Shown piece after piece: positions 63,078 to 64,000 of a stretch of DNA of 64,000 bases. The stretch comes from Podarcis filfolensis. Its lineage: Eukaryota. The translations under genes were made by a program, and so were the position numbers. Each line of letters opens with the position of its first letter. Position 1 is the first letter of the stretch. The stretch lies in assembly GCA_964270895.1 (NCBI GenBank), contig OZ185436.1; one strand, given 5' to 3'. The notes under the pieces were generated by a model. The model did no database searches. It was not told where the DNA came from and saw nothing but the letters and a program-made list of their open reading frames with translations.

Positions 63078-63460
63078 GCAGATCCAGAACGCAGGAGGTG
63101 CTGTGGTCTAAACCACTGAGCCTCTTGGGATTGCCGATCAGAAGGTCGGTGGTTCGAATCCCCGCGACGGGGTGAGCTCCCGTTGCTCTGTCCCAGCTTC
63201 TGCCAACCTAGCCGTTCAAAAGCACACCAGTGCAAGTAGATAAATAGGTACCGCTGCGGCGGGAAGGTAAACGGCATTTCCATGCGCTCTGGCTTCCGTC
63301 ACGGTGTCCCGTTGCGCCAGAAGCGGTTTAGTCATACTGGACACATGACCTGGAAAGCTGCCTGTGGACAATCGCCGGCTCCCTCGGTCTGAGAGATGAG
63401 TGCCCCAACCCCATAGTCGCCTTTGACTGGACTTAACCGGCCAGGGGTCCTTTACCTTAC
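63078..63460 (+). mobile_element. Sauria SINE (different subfamily, altered 5' end)
   Basis: AAACCACTGAGCCTCTTGGG variant; approximate TSD TGGCT(G/A)CAGTG. Confidence 0.85.
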
Positions 63461-64000
63461 TGGCTACAGTGACCTTTCAGGATTATCATGATAAATTTCC
63501 CAGACTTTCTATGATCTGGCAGGGAATCACATCTGACTCTTTGCATGCTAAGTGTGTGCTGTAGCACCAAGCCATGGACCTTCCCTACAAGGAAATATTT
63601 ATTGGGAATTTCCATGCCAAATGTTCACTAGGCGCCTGCTTGATTCACTTTGTTGAATTTGGGCTAAGGTAATGAAACATTGCTGGCCAAAAGATAGGGC
63701 ATGAGGAAGGGCTGGCAATAAATTCATACTATGCCTGGCATGTGAAGGAAGTCTCTTTCTCCAACAGCTGTTTACAGAGCCAGGAAATCAATATCCCGAC
63801 ACAGCTTGTGAATGCAACAAGGTTTTGTTTTGCCACAGGGAGAGGGAACCACCCTCTCGTTTGTAAAACTGTTTTGACATATAATCGACAGGGCTATTCT
63901 AAGACGCACCCATTCCATTTCATGTACAGAAGCCAACTAGACCAAGACAGCATGGTTCATTATGGTCAAGAGCAGTAGGCTAAGTTAGGGGGTGCAAACC

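Noticed and set aside
56130-64000. RAB5B 3' exons, expected upstream of SUOX from human synteny
   Set aside because: No Rab5 peptide found in any frame; the region is mostly repeats. The gene may simply lie further right, so no rearrangement is claimed.
1-64000. CRISPR arrays, rRNA, tRNA genes or prokaryotic operons
   Set aside because: Eukaryotic intron-rich DNA; tRNA-like A/B boxes occur only in SINE heads, and the tandem repeats lack unique spacers.

Overview
Vertebrate genomic DNA, most likely a squamate and probably a lacertid lizard, inferred from the repeat content (many Sauria SINEs, BovB/RTE, L2, CR1, L1, hAT and Tc1/mariner MITEs). Two genes lie on the minus strand in the same order and orientation as in human. 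(1) SUOX (sulfite oxidase): CpG-island promoter at about 55.6-56.1 kb and three coding exons (52649-52704, 50069-50240, 47107-48537) giving an intact 552-aa protein. (2) The 5' part of IKZF4 (Eos): CpG island at about 39.4-40.4 kb, the MDIEDCNGRSYIS start exon at 16602-16656, a probable alternative first coding exon at 7947-7992 and the GSGDSSLEKEF exon at 2357-2461; the zinc-finger exons must lie left of the window. The IKZF4 intron holds a 1.9-kb Chapaev3 DNA transposon with CAC...GTG ends, a TAA target-site duplication (TSD) and a long open transposase core. The most notable observations are non-conservative changes around the SUOX active site (Leu at human Arg472, Asn at His304, a rewritten loop before the pocket Trp), three frame-compatible IKZF4 N-terminal exons, and several nested or chimeric transposon structures. 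All coordinates and alignments were made by eye, and comparisons to human or chicken are from memory and need checking.
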